DNA of 63,621 bases, the filler included, from Thraustochytrium aureum (Eukaryota): NCBI GenBank assembly GCA_012862495.1. It is 7 parts of 6 records of this genome, joined end to end, with 100 filler letters (N's around TTAATTAATTAA, not from the genome) between each part and the next. Parts side by side here need not be neighbours in the genome. Positions count along the whole stretch, not along the records: positions 1 to 28,384 come from BLSG01000340.1; positions 28,485 to 38,171 come from BLSG01000340.1; 5 more parts are not named here. One strand, 5' to 3'. Each line of letters starts with the position of its first letter. The stretch's first letter is position 1. The position numbers and the translations under genes are program-made. This document shows positions 22,966 to 34,100 of this stretch, in pieces. Under the pieces are notes generated by a model that ran no database searches, was not told the DNA's origin, and saw only the letters and a list, made by a program, of their open reading frames with translations.

Positions 22966-23673
22966 TCAAGTCGTCGGCGTGGCGCGAAGCCCCGCTCTCC
23001 GCGCTGGCGGAACGGCCTTTTGCCGCACTTCTGCTGTGAGGCGATACGTGGAGTCGGTGTCCCTGCCAAACACAGATACAAAAATGACGCGTGGGACTTG
23101 GAGCCCAAGCTCGACGCTGTCAAGCGATTCACGCACAACGTCGCAACCGGTGTCAAATGCAACTCGTTCCACCCCGCCGCCTTTGGCAGAGATCATGTCC
23201 GCCGTGGATAGCGAGGGCCACGGATTCCGGAAGGATACGAAAAGATCCGGGTTGCCTCGCAGCGGCTCGAGCGTCAGATTGAGTTCGAGTGGCCGCTCGA
23301 GCTCGACTGCGTGCGGCGCGATGCAGATCTGAAAAAAGTGGTAGTTGCCGTCACGAACGGAGTCCTCCACCGGTTCGCTATTGCCAACCAGCCTTGCCGC
23401 TCGCTCTGTGATAGCAAGGCTCTTCCGAAATGCGTCGTCCAGAGGGTCGTTGCCGAACGCGCCGGTGTCTGAGGTCAAGAAATCGCAGACGATCGCCGAG
23501 CTAGCGTTCCTTGTCGTGCCCATCAGGAAGGGCGCTAGCGAAGACGCATTCGCTCGCGGGGCCACCGGGGCGGCGCGCGCCGCGGCCCACTTGCTAGACG
23601 TCGTCCGCAAGACCACGCCGAGTGCCGCAAGCGCCACCAGTGCCAGAGCGAGCGACTGGTGTCCCTCCCGCAT
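22966..23673 (-). CDS. Secreted or type II membrane protein with a PPC-like (pre-peptidase C-terminal) beta-sandwich
   Basis: N-terminal hydrophobic LALALVALAALGVVL, then LNLTLEPLRGNPDLFVS...IFVSVFG...YRLTA, a G[DN]PDL[YF]V-type motif. Confidence 0.65.
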   Translation of the reverse strand: MREGHQSLALALVALAALGVVLRTTSSKWAAARAAPVAPRANASSLAPFLMGTTRNASSAIVCDFLTSDTGAFGNDPLDDAFRKSLAITERAARLVGNSEPVEDSVRDGNYHFFQICIAPHAVELERPLELNLTLEPLRGNPDLFVSFRNPWPSLSTADMISAKGGGVERVAFDTGCDVVRESLDSVELGLQVPRVIFVSVFGRDTDSTYRLTAEVRQKAVPPARRAGLRATPTT

Positions 23674-23881
23674 AGGGTCGGCGTCAGGAGCGCAGCGACA
23701 GCTCCTTCAAGCGCGCGGCGGCAGCGACAGGGTCTCGATGCTGTATCTATTTGCAATCGGTCCTCGTTTCTGCAATCGATCCTCCTCTGCCCTGCCCTGC
23801 CCTGCGCACCAGGCACTACAGGTCGGAGTCTGTGCGACGGTGGCGGAGCAGAAGCCGTTGACGACCCGCTATCCCAGTGAC

Positions 23882-24604
23882 TTAGCGGGACATTTTGCTG
23901 GCGGCGATGGCGCTGGCCGCGTCGGCGCACTCGAGCTCGCCCTGGACGACGATGCTGTCCAAGCAGGTTGCCAGCTTGGCGCTGTTGGCGCGCACGGCGT
24001 CAGGGGAAAGGCGCTGGTCAACGGCCAACTCGGCGGCCTCGATGACAACATCCAGGACGGTTTGGACTGCATAGCCACCCCGCCCGGGCACCGGTCAGCA
24101 GCCGCCTCTCGTGCGTTGCGCGCCAGCGAGAACCTGGCAAACCTGTGTGGGGGCGCAGGCGTTGACTTACGTTCAATTTCCGCGAGGGGGCCGCCGCCTG
24201 CGACAATGAAGACGACGTCGCCTATAGCTTTGACTAGCAAGACGAGCGGCTCGGCGCCCTTACTTTCGCTGCGCAAGCCGATTAGCCAATGTGAACCTTC
24301 AGCCGCCAGCGGCGCAGCGCGTTCGTGCTCCGCGCGAGCGGGTCAAGCGGGATCCGCCGTCCGGTGCGGCCTCTTACCGATACAAGGCCACTTGCGCGTC
24401 ATTCTCGGCAGCTAGCCAGAGCGCCTTGGACTTGCCAAGCAGCGCCAGGCCGAGCGCTGGGCCCCTTGCCGCGCGCGTCTCGCCGTCTCCTCGACAACAG
24501 CAGTGCCACGCCCTGCACAGCATGAGCGATCCGAGCCGAGCGTCCACGAGGCCGACCCAGGCGACCGCCGGCCATCCCGCTGTCCTTGGCCCATCCTCCT
24601 CCAT
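23882..24604 (-). CDS. Sigma/zeta-type longin-fold coat small subunit, most similar to TSPOON/LOLITA of the TSET/TPLATE complex; 3 exons (24604-24378, 24268-24171, 24066-23882)
   Basis: Introns 24377-24269 (GTAAGA..GCTAAT..GCAG) and 24170-24067 (GTAAGT..CTGAC..GCAG) keep the frame. Spliced protein: VGLVDARLGSLMLCRAW...LVKAIGDVVFIVAGGGPLAEIELQTVLDVVIEA...NSAKLATCLDSIVVQGELECAD. Confidence 0.75.
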
Positions 24605-24780
24605 ATCCACCCGTCCCGTGCACAGCTCGCGGCGGCGTTCACACGTCGACCGACCGACCGACCGACCAGCCAATCGTGGCAATCGATCAACTCCGGCCCT
24701 GCCGCTGCCGTCCCGTTTGCGCTCGCACTCGGCACGCGGCACGCGGCGCGTTGCAACTTGCAAGCAGTGTGGTAGCGCCC

Positions 24781-24843
24781 GAGTGACGATCGGCACCCTC
24801 CTGCGCGAGTGACGATCGGCACCCTCCTGCGCGAGTGAGGATC
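24781..24843. repeat. 26-bp tandem repeat (GAGTGACGATCGGCACCCTCCTGCGC), ~2.4 copies running into an N gap
   Basis: Copies at 24781, 24807 and a partial copy at 24833. Confidence 0.85.
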
Positions 24844-25157
24844 NNNNNNNNNNNNNNNNNNNNNNNNNNNNNNNNNNNNNNNNNNNNNNNNNNNNNNNNN
24901 NNNNNNNNNNNNNNNNNNNNNNNNNNNNNNNNNNNNNNNNNNNNNNNNNNNNNNNNNNNNNNNNNNNNNNNNNNNNNNNNNNNNNNNNNNNNNNNNNNNN
25001 NNNNNNNNNNNNNNNNNNNNNNNNNNNNNNNNNNNNNNNNNNNNNNNNNNNNNNNNNNNNNNNNNNNNNNNNNNNNNNNNNNNNNNNNNNNNNNNNNNNN
25101 NNNNNNNNNNNNNNNNNNNNNNNNNNNNNNNNNNNNNNNNNNNNNNNNNNNNNNNAC

Positions 25158-25574
25158 CAGCTGATACAGCACGAACGGATCCGGACCACGGAGGCAAGGG
25201 CGAAGGAGCTGAGGCGCGTGGCGGACTGGATGGTCACGTGGGGCAAGAAGTGCGACCCCGCAGCGCTCAAGGAGGCAGACAAGATCTTGCGCACGGAAGA
25301 CGCGCGCCAGAAACTGTTCACCGTGCTTGGCCCGCGGTACATGAACAGGCCCGGAGGATTCACGCGGATTCAAAAGATTGGCTGGCGCCGCGGTGACAGT
25401 GCCAACATGGTGATTATAGAGTTTGTGGACAGGCCTGGCGAGATCCGCGCGGCCAGACCAGTGGACGACGAAACGGTGCAGCGAAACGCGAGCGAGACCT
25501 GTCCGCGCTTCGAAGACCTTTTGCCGTCGCGCAACTGGCGCACGCGCACCCCAATGCCGACTTACCGCCGCTAG
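25158..25574 (+). CDS. MRPL17: Mitochondrial ribosomal protein bL17 (5' end in gap)
   Basis: QLIQHERIRTTEARAKELRRVADWMVTWGK...KLFTVLGPRYMNRPGGFTRIQKIGWRRGDSANMVIIEFVD. Confidence 0.95.
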   Translation, partial: QLIQHERIRTTEARAKELRRVADWMVTWGKKCDPAALKEADKILRTEDARQKLFTVLGPRYMNRPGGFTRIQKIGWRRGDSANMVIIEFVDRPGEIRAARPVDDETVQRNASETCPRFEDLLPSRNWRTRTPMPTYRR

Positions 25575-26271
25575 GTTGCCTGTGTGAGGACCGGACTCGC
25601 CGGAGTCCGCATGGGGGCGGTTTCTGGGTCTCCTTAGCCTGTCTCGGGTTGACTCGCAGCAGGCGCCGTCGAGCCCAAGTGCTCTTATTGTTGGAGCCAC
25701 AGCTTCCGTCGTTGCTATGCGGGTAGCTTCTATTTGTCGGCGCGATTCGCCGCGCCGCAGGAGGATTGCAGCGCTGTCTAGCGGGGTGCGCGCAGCCCCG
25801 TTTGTGCCGACGCGAGAGCGCTGATTTTTTTCCCCCATGCAAAACACAAGCAACCAACCAACCTACCTACCTACCTATTTCGCTCCGCTTTTCAACAGCT
25901 GCCCGGTCTTGGCGCGAGGAAAAGTGCTCGGTGCCCAACCCGACCGGACCTGCTCGGACCCGCGCGCGCATTCTGGCGGGACGGCAAGTCCTACCTGTCC
26001 TGCCGGTGGAGCACCAGCTGCCACTTGATTTTTATTATTTGATTTCTAACAATCCAGCGCGCGCTCAACGAAACCCAACGAAACCCAACAAGAGAGACCC
26101 CGATCCAAGGTAGTCGTCGTCCACGCGCCCCCAAGGCAGCACAATAGCGAGCACCAAATCAGACTGGGCAAAACATGGCAAACGGCAGCCAAGGCCTGGT
26201 GACTGGTCGCGCCTCGATCGCGGGAACCAATTTCAAGCGGATACCCAGACCCTTATCGCGGAACGTTTCGT

Positions 26272-26852
26272 TCACGGCACCGCGCGTGTCTCGTCCAAGA
26301 GCGTGGCCAACATGACCTTCAACTTTTCAATGTTTTTGACCGCCGAGTCCTCCTTGTCGCAGACGATTCGCACGTTGTTCAACGTCGGGTTGTACCGTGG
26401 CCCAACGAGGAGGATGAAGCGCTCCTTTTGCGTCTCAGTCAGGTTGAGCTGGCCGACGTCGAGCGTTGCGGCGGCCTTCTTCAATGGCTGTTCGAGACGG
26501 AATTTCTCGGGGTCGCCGATGTACGGCGGGTAGAGAGTGTACTCCCACTCGATTTTCAGCCCCTTGATCTGCTCGGGGAAGTTTTCAAAGTCGGGCTTCA
26601 TGCGCATGAAATACTCTTGCAAGTTGAAGGTCGTTTCAATGTGTTCCATGCCGAGTTCGAGCGGCTCCCAGTTGCGCGCGATCTCCATCTGGGCCCTGCG
26701 CTTCGCGCGCTTTTCCTCCGCGATCGACGCCATGATCTGCTCGTCCGTCACAGACAAGACGTCGAGGTCCCTGCCCTTGAGTTGGAAAAACCTTTTCCAC
26801 TCCTCCTCAGTGCGTTCCGGGATGTCGTCGTCGTCGTCGTTCAGCAAGACCT
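26272..26852 (-). CDS. MRPS35: Mitochondrial ribosomal protein mS35 (MRP-S28 domain), 3' part
   Basis: KAAATLDVGQLNLTETQKERFILLVGPRYNPTLNNVRIVCDK...KNIEKL...LLDET. Confidence 0.8.
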
Positions 26853-27702
26853 NNNNNNNNNNNNNNNNNNNNNNNNNNNNNNNNNNNNNNNNNNNNNNNN
26901 NNNNNNNNNNNNNNNNNNNNNNNNNNNNNNNNNNNNNNNNNNNNNNNNNNNNNNNNNNNNNNNNNNNNNNNNNNNNNNNNNNNNNNNNNNNNNNNNNNNN
27001 NNNNNNNNNNNNNNNNNNNNNNNNNNNNNNNNNNNNNNNNNNNNNNNNNNNNNNNNNNNNNNNNNNNNNNNNNNNNNNNNNNNNNNNNNNNNNNNNNNNN
27101 NNNNNNNNNNNNNNNNNNNNNNNNNNNNNNNNNNNNNNNNNNNNNNNNNNNNNNNNNNNNNNNNNNNNNNNNNNNNNNNNNNNNNNNNNNNNNNNNNNNN
27201 NNNNNNNNNNNNNNNNNNNNNNNNNNNNNNNNNNNNNNNNNNNNNNNNNNNNNNNNNNNNNNNNNNNNNNNNNNNNNNNNNNNNNNNNNNNNNNNNNNNN
27301 NNNNNNNNNNNNNNNNNNNNNNNNNNNNNNNNNNNNNNNNNNNNNNNNNNNNNNNNNNNNNNNNNNNNNNNNNNNNNNNNNNNNNNNNNNNNNNNNNNNN
27401 NNNNNNNNNNNNNNNNNNNNNNNNNNNNNNNNNNNNNNNNNNNNNNNNNNNNNNNNNNNNNNNNNNNNNNNNNNNNNNNNNNNNNNNNNNNNNNNNNNNN
27501 NNNNNNNNNNNNNNNNNNNNNNNNNNNNNNNNNNNNNNNNNNNNNNNNNNNNNNNNNNNNNNNNNNNNNNNNNNNNNNNNNNNNNNNNNNNNNNNNNNNN
27601 NNNNNNNNNNNNNNNNNNNNNNNNNNNNNNNNNNNNNNNNNNNNNNNNNNNNNNNNNNNNNNNNNNNNNNNNNNNNNNNNNNNNNNNNNNNNNNNNNNNN
27701 NN

Positions 27703-28296
27703 GACTTCCTTTGAGGCCTGGGGCCGCCGGCGCTGGGGCGCCGGTTCTTCACGCTTTGGCGCTTCAGGCTGCGCGGTCTCGCGAAAGTCGATGGCAGCTT
27801 CCTCTTCGTTGTCCTCCTCTTCCTCCTCCTCCTCCTCCTCTTCTTCCTCCTCCTCTTCGACGCCCTCCGCCTCCGCTTCAGGAGCGGCCACTTGGGGCTC
27901 CTCAACAGATTGCTCGGACGCGGCGGCCTCCTCCTCGTCCAGGGTGAGCGCAGGCCCGTCCACCACGGAAAGGATGTCGCTGAGGATCACGTACCGCCCT
28001 CCGAGCCGGAAGGCAAGAGGAGGAAGGTCTGCGAAACCTTGCGCTCCACGCCGGAGCGCGAGGTGAGGACGCCTGTCGCGACGATGAGGACGCCGTTGTC
28101 ATGCGTGGGCAGGAACGAGGCGCTCTTGATCGCGATGGTCATTCCCGAAAAGCCGAGCGCGACATAGGTGGATCCGATGGCCTCGTCCCCCTCGACGTAC
28201 GCGTTCGGGCTGTACTGGAAGATGGACGTGTCAGAGTAGAGCGTGCCAATCTCGGTGGTGTTCTCCATGAGGCCGACATAATACTGGTTCACAAAG
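27703..28296 (-). CDS. NTF2-domain protein with an acidic tract (G3BP/Rasputin-like), partial; apparent 1-nt deletion at ~27997-27999
   Basis: FVNQYY...LYSDTSIF...NGVLIVATGVL...RKVSQTFLL then (frame change) RYVILSDIL and poly-Glu. Acceptor CATCAG ends at 28297 with an upstream CTGAC branch point. Confidence 0.75.
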
Positions 28297-28384
28297 CTGA
28301 TGCGCCGAGAACCCACGTCACGCGAGAGCGTCAGCGCTTCAGCCCGCCCTGCACTCGCCCTCGCGCGGCCCGCGCCAAGCATCG

Positions 28385-28484
28385 NNNNNNNNNNNNNNNN
28401 NNNNNNNNNNNNNNNNNNNNNNNNNNNNTTAATTAATTAANNNNNNNNNNNNNNNNNNNNNNNNNNNNNNNNNNNNNNNNNNNN
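28385..28484. other. Artificial scaffold linker (N44-TTAATTAATTAA-N44)
   Basis: 12-mer with stops in all six frames at 28429-28440, inside exactly 100 bp. Confidence 0.97.
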
Positions 28485-28485
28485 A

Positions 28486-28623
28486 CCATCTCGGACTTGC
28501 GAGACCGTGCACCCTGCAAGTGCGTTCGCGGGCCTCGCCATGTACGCGAGCTACCTGTGGCTCTTCAGCGCGTTTTTCTACTACGCCTACATGGCGCCGC
28601 GGCCCAAGGCCAAGGTGGAGTAA
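28486..28623 (+). CDS. C-terminus of a GNS1/SUR4 (ELO) fatty-acid elongase
   Basis: Frame not in the ORF track: ...AFAGLAMYASYLWLFSAFFYYAYMAPRPKAKVE*, with the ELO MYxSYxxLFxxFF motif and a KxKxx ER-retrieval signal. Confidence 0.8.
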   Translation, partial: PSRTCETVHPASAFAGLAMYASYLWLFSAFFYYAYMAPRPKAKVE

Positions 28624-28822
28624 GCCTGCGCTGCGCTGCCTGGCAGCTGGGCCCAGGCCCCAGCGCTAGGCTCGCAGCTTTAGTAGTAGTAGTAGTTGTT
28701 GTCGTTGTTGTTGGGTCGTGCGAGGCGTCCTTGGCCTTCGCCGGCCGCGATTCGCCTCAACGCGACGCGTTGGGAAAGAAAGGAGAAAAAAACAGATTTG
28801 CCACTGCATAGGTAGGTATTAT

Positions 28823-30592
28823 TCACAGATCGAGCGACTGCCTGCCTGAATGAGCATCAGCATCAGCACGAGCACCAGCACTAGCATCAGCACGAGCATC
28901 AGCTGCTTTGGGGAAAAGGTCGGCTGCGCCCAGCGCTGCGCTCACTTCCGCCAGTTCGGCCACGCCGAGCCGCAGGTCGTTCGCGCGCTGGCAATCGACA
29001 ACGTGCTCTCTGCACCGAGCGCCTGGAATCGCCACAAGACAAGGCCACCTCGCGAGCATCCACGCCAGCACCAAAACCTGCAGGGACACGCCGTGCCTCT
29101 TCGCAAGCGGGACGAGCCCAGGCGCGTCTCTGGCAAGGTCGCGACGGCCGTCTCTAGTCCGCAGTCCGCCCAGCGCGCCGTGCGCGAGGAACGTTATGCC
29201 ATGCTCTTGGCAATACGGAAGCACGCCGCACTGCGACCGCTTGGCGCGGCTCGTCCCTGCAGGCTGCTCGGCGGCCAGCGACCACGGCGAAAACTCGTTC
29301 TGCACGGATCGGATCGGGAGGATGCTCCGCGCGAACTCGAGCTCCTCGATTGTGCAGTTGCACAAACCAATCTCCTGCACGAGGCCGCGGGCTCTGCACC
29401 GCTCGACTTCGCAGAGCACCTCCTTGAACCTCGCGCGCTCGTGAGGGATGTGGTGGAGCTGCCAGAGCCCAATCGGAGCTGCCGATCCGAGCGCTTTGTG
29501 GCTTTGTTCGATTGCCTTGCGGATCGAGCCCGCCGTCATGCGCCCCATCCGCCAACTTGCCGAGCTGGATCCTACGCGAGTCATCCCAGCTTTGGTCGCC
29601 ACGATGACATTTGAGACGTCACGCGACCCTGCGTAAGCAGCCAAGGCCTCGCCGATGAGCCCCTCGCAGTAGTGCAGCTCGCGCTCGTCGCGACCATAGG
29701 TATCTGCGGTGTCGATCAGCTCAACGCCGGCATCGATCGCCGCGCGCACGAGCGCGATCGCGCCAGCACGGGAAGGCCGCTTGCTCGGGTCTGGGTACTC
29801 TACGCCAAGCTGCAATGTGCCAAAGCCGACCCGGTTCACCGCGCCGAGTCTCGCGCCACCCCGGAGCGAGCCGCCTTGCCGAAACGGCTGCGCGCTCCGC
29901 ACCGCCGCCTGGGCCGCCGCCTGGGCTTGAAGCAGGGCGATGTATTTGTCAAACATCGCCACATAGGCAGCCTCCAGCTCGAGCTCACCATGCAGGGCGT
30001 CGCTGCATGCAGGGCCTTTCTTTGGGTCCATGTTGGGGCCGAGAACGTTGACGATCCACCGCACGCCGCTGCGCAACGCGAGGCCGTGCTCTGGAGCAAG
30101 CGACAGCGCAAACGCCGCGCGCGGCCGCGCAATCGCCCCTTCTCCGAACTGGTCCCGAACGAGCTCTGCCACCGATCGGGACCCGCCTTGAGCCACCGCC
30201 TTGTGCAGCTCCACGTTTGCTCTCGACTCGCCAGGGCGGGCCAAGCTTCGGACGCAACCCACCCCGATCGCCCACGCTTTGGCATCCGCAAGCCTCCCGG
30301 TAGACACGCTCAGAGGCGCCCGCTTGTCCGGGAGCCCGAGCTTTGACAGGGCGGCCTGAAGCTTGCCGAACAGCGGCTCCACGAGGACGAGCTGCCCGCC
30401 AGCATCGCGAATCGCTTGCGCATACCGTCTGACCACTTTGGCGAGCACCTTCGCCGCGCGCTGCGCGTCAAACCCAAACTCTCCCGTCGACACCGACGCA
30501 AACGCAAGAGCCCCACCACGACCTGCCGCCGCCGCCCCGCCAGTCTCGAGCAGCGCCGCGCCTTCATGGCCAGCTCGTGCACCTTGCTCCAC
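28823..30592 (-). CDS. Circularly permuted macrodomain fused to an aldo-keto reductase (5' end in gap)
   Basis: Macro: LAFASVSTGEFGFDAQRAAKV precedes ...GVRWIVNVLGPNMDP...LEAAYVAMF. AKR: VGFGTLQL, IDTADTY, VATKAG, LWQLH, IGLCN, SVQNEFSPW, IPGAR. Confidence 0.8.
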   Translation of the reverse strand: MEQGARAGHEGAALLETGGAAAAGRGGALAFASVSTGEFGFDAQRAAKVLAKVVRRYAQAIRDAGGQLVLVEPLFGKLQAALSKLGLPDKRAPLSVSTGRLADAKAWAIGVGCVRSLARPGESRANVELHKAVAQGGSRSVAELVRDQFGEGAIARPRAAFALSLAPEHGLALRSGVRWIVNVLGPNMDPKKGPACSDALHGELELEAAYVAMFDKYIALLQAQAAAQAAVRSAQPFRQGGSLRGGARLGAVNRVGFGTLQLGVEYPDPSKRPSRAGAIALVRAAIDAGVELIDTADTYGRDERELHYCEGLIGEALAAYAGSRDVSNVIVATKAGMTRVGSSSASWRMGRMTAGSIRKAIEQSHKALGSAAPIGLWQLHHIPHERARFKEVLCEVERCRARGLVQEIGLCNCTIEELEFARSILPIRSVQNEFSPWSLAAEQPAGTSRAKRSQCGVLPYCQEHGITFLAHGALGGLRTRDGRRDLARDAPGLVPLAKRHGVSLQVLVLAWMLARWPCLVAIPGARCREHVVDCQRANDLRLGVAELAEVSAALGAADLFPKAADARADASAGARADADAHSGRQSLDL

Positions 30593-31177
30593 NNNNNNNN
30601 NNNNNNNNNNNNNNNNNNNNNNNNNNNNNNNNNNNNNNNNNNNNNNNNNNNNNNNNNNNNNNNNNNNNNNNNNNNNNNNNNNNNNNNNNNNNNNNNNNNN
30701 NNNNNNNNNNNNNNNNNNNNNNNNNNNNNNNNNNNNNNNNNNNNNNNNNNNNNNNNNNNNNNNNNNNNNNNNNNNNNNNNNNNNNNNNNNNNNNNNNNNN
30801 NNNNNNNNNNNNNNNNNNNNNNNNNNNNNNNNNNNNNNNNNNNNNNNNNNNNNNNNNNNNNNNNNNNNNNNNNNNNNNNNNNNNNNNNNNNNNNNNNNNN
30901 NNNNNNNNNNNNNNNNNNNNNNNNNNNNNNNNNNNNNNNNNNNNNNNNNNNNNNNNNNNNNNNNNNNNNNNNNNNNNNNNNNNNNNNNNNNNNNNNNNNN
31001 NNNNNNNNNNNNNNNNNNNNNNNNNNNNNNNNNNNNNNNNNNNNNNNNNNNNNNNNNNNNNNNNNNNNNNNNNNNNNNNNNNNNNNNNNNNNNNNNNNNN
31101 NNNNNNNNNNNNNNNNNNNNNNNNNNNNNNNNNNNNNNNNNNNNNNNNNNNNNNNNNNNNNNNNNNNNNNNNNNNNN

Positions 31178-34100
31178 CGTCGTATCCGCAGGGCGAGCGC
31201 GAGCGGCTGTTTATGGCGGTAGCGGGCTTGTTGGAGGAGAGGACCGACGGCGGCCCGCCGGTCCGCCTCTCGCCGCTCGCGCGGTCGCGGCTCGCACTGC
31301 TACTTGCTGCAATGGGAGTGCGGAGCGCGGCGCAGCCTGCGCTCATGCAGCATGGCGTACAGTCGCTAGCCAGGCCGCCGTTTGCCGAGGCGTTCCAGTT
31401 CATGAAGCTGGCCGTCGAGGAGCTCGAGCTCTGCTGGTCGTCCCTCGAGGTCGAGCAGCGCCAGCGCACCTCGCTGCTCGGCCTCGAACTGCGCAAGTTC
31501 ACGCTAGAACTGCTCGGGAACCTGGTCTCAGAGTGGGCGCGAGCGCCGGCCGAAGTGGACGCCGCCGTCCTCGAGAGCGCGGCCTCCTGCCTGCAGTCGT
31601 GGACTGCGTGCCTGATTATCTCGCAAACCGGCCAAACCCGGGCCTCCGCGCCGCGCGAGAACGACAGCGATAGCGAGGACGGGACGAGTGCTTGCGGCGA
31701 GAATGATGGCGCGATAGTGAACATAGGAATCGGCTTTGACCAACTCCTCGCTCCTGCGGGTTGGGACGCGCCCGAAAGGGGCACCCCCCTGCTAGAGTGG
31801 GTGACGCACGGCTTTCTCCATGCCGACGTCGAGTCGGTCATGTTCCAAGCCTCTGTGGGTATTCTCGTGGAGAGCCTCGCCCTGCAGCCTTTCCACAGTG
31901 TGGACATAAGCACCAAGGCCCGCCTCGATGCGTACGTCCGCGGTGTGGAACTTATCGCTTCTGCGCTTTTGGAGAGCTTTGACGCGGTACGGAGCTGGCG
32001 GGCCGGGCTGCGGCCTGACCTCTGCATCTTCAGCGCGAGCGATGCCGAGGATCTAGAGATGGACCCCAAGGTGCTGCAGTGGCGCGGGGTGTGCCAAGTT
32101 GCTGCGGCGCTCTGCGCGCACCACCTCAAGGGGGTCGTGCTCTTCTGTCACTCGCGTTACATCGACCTGCTCCAGATTATGCTCTTTGGCATCGACTCGC
32201 CTGTGGACACCTCCAGCACGGAGGCGTGCTTTGACTTTTGGGACGTCGCCGGCGACGCGCTTTACTCGTGCCAGCGCTTTCAAGGTGAATGGAACAAGTC
32301 CCACCCCGAGTCCCCCGTGCGGCCGGCGCCCCGCATCCTGGGCCGCACAGGCGCGTCGCAGCTCTTCGTTGCACTTGTAAACTCCCTCGTCAGCTGCGCG
32401 ATCGAGTGCCTCCGATCTGAGCAGGGCGCCTCGGCCTCGGGCGCGTCAGCGCGAAACGAGAGGCAAGGTTGTGCGAACGACCTGTTCTCCAGCGAATCCA
32501 GGGACAGGGTCGCGGTGCGAGTCTCCGCCAGGGTGCATGACTCGCTCATGGGCCTTTGCGGCTCCTGGCCCGACCTCGCCGAAGGGCCCGACACCGCTCG
32601 AAGCGCTGGGCCTGGCCTCACGCTCGCATCGGATCCCAGATCGGGCGAAAGGACCATCCGACGGGCGCTTTCCGCGCTGTACGAGCGTTTGCCGCATGGC
32701 TTTCACAACACGGCTGCCAGAGAGTCTCTCCCATCCCTCCCCCTGGGAAGCGCAGAGGACGCACTGGTCGTTCAGGCCGTCGCAGAGTTGCTCTTAGCCG
32801 TCTTGGAGGCGTCTGACAACTTGGAGGCGCTCGGGGAAGACGACGACGAGGAGGAGGACGAAGGGGAAGACGACGAGGACCCAGAGGAAGAAGATCAAGA
32901 CATTGGTGTTTTCGGAACCGCTCACGGCGCGGACGCTCACCTCGGCCTGATGAGCGGATTCGGCCCGGGCGCTGTCGCAGCGTCTCAAGCCGGAGCGCAT
33001 CACGCCGTCCTTGAGCGGCATCCTACGGCGGGCTTGGGTTTCGAGGCTGGCCCGGTGGGCCTGGCGGCCCGGCGGGACGCGATCCAGAGCGGCGTTTTGG
33101 AGAAGGAGATGTACGCGTTTGTGAACGGGGGCGGCGGTCTCGGGCAGCATCCGGCGGGTGGCTCCTCGTTCAGTCCGGGTTTATTTGGAGACGCCTCGCG
33201 CAGCCACCAACGAGGCACGCTCGAGCAGGTAAAAGCGTTTCATCGCAAGCGAACGTCGTCTCTCGCGGCAGCCCAACACGACGACGACGCGGCTACCGTT
33301 TGCCGAAGAGGTTTCCGACTTTTGGTGCACCATGGTCAACGCCATCGTCGAGGCGTGCTGGAACTCGACGCACCTGCGCGTCAGGCAGGCCGTCTGCAGG
33401 CTCGGGGGGCGAGTCATCCTTTGGATCCGGCCCTCTGCGGCGGCCGACCCGGGCGCCCAGGGCTCCTTGCTTGCAGGTGGCGCAGGAAGCCACATGGCCG
33501 TATTCAGCAACATTGTCGGTTTCCTGGTTAGTTCGCTCGCCGTGACGGCAGGGGGTACGGCTCGCGCAGCGGCGTCCTCGCTGCGCGAGTTTTGCGTGCG
33601 TGTCCGGTCCAAGTCACACCTGTCTGCGATTGTGCAGCAGCTGCCTTTTCGCGTCGCGGGCTTCACAGCGGGCGGAGAGCGCGCCGCGGATCTCGACATC
33701 CCCCACGTGCCCGGCCTGGAAGCCATGCACGTCCTCTTGGGCCTGCCTCAGTTTGCCCCAGCGATGCACTGCTCGCCTGCCACTTTTGCCGTCGTTTCTG
33801 AAGGACTCACAATGGTGACCCTCCGCTCGCTTACGGCTGGTGGTGTCTCGGCCCAGGCCGTTGAGCGCCTCCACGGGTTCCTCGAGCGCAGCTTGGAGAG
33901 CATCGCGGCGTCAATCGCCTCGATCAAGGAGGGAACCGCGCAAGGCACGTTGAGCGTAGACGCGGCGCGCCGGGCCATGGTCAACAACCTGGTGCTGCTC
34001 TCGCACGTCCTCGCGGGGCTTGACGCCTCGCGCGGGCTCACACGGCGCGCAAAGCACATCGTCCCGCTCGCCGTGCTGCCAATCGTCCGATCGATTTGGC

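Noticed and set aside
24781..24843. CRISPR-like array (also considered 9553-9609 and 42491-42750)
   Set aside because: No unique spacers of regular length, no cas genes, and a eukaryotic context.
25158..26852. MRPL17 and MRPS35 adjacency as an organellar or bacterial operon relic
   Set aside because: The genes are convergent, mS35 is eukaryote-specific, and the flanks are nuclear genes. Likely coincidence.
26272..27990. 572-aa ORF fusing an acidic tract to mS35
   Set aside because: It reads through an 850-N gap. The acidic part belongs to the upstream NTF2/G3BP-like gene.
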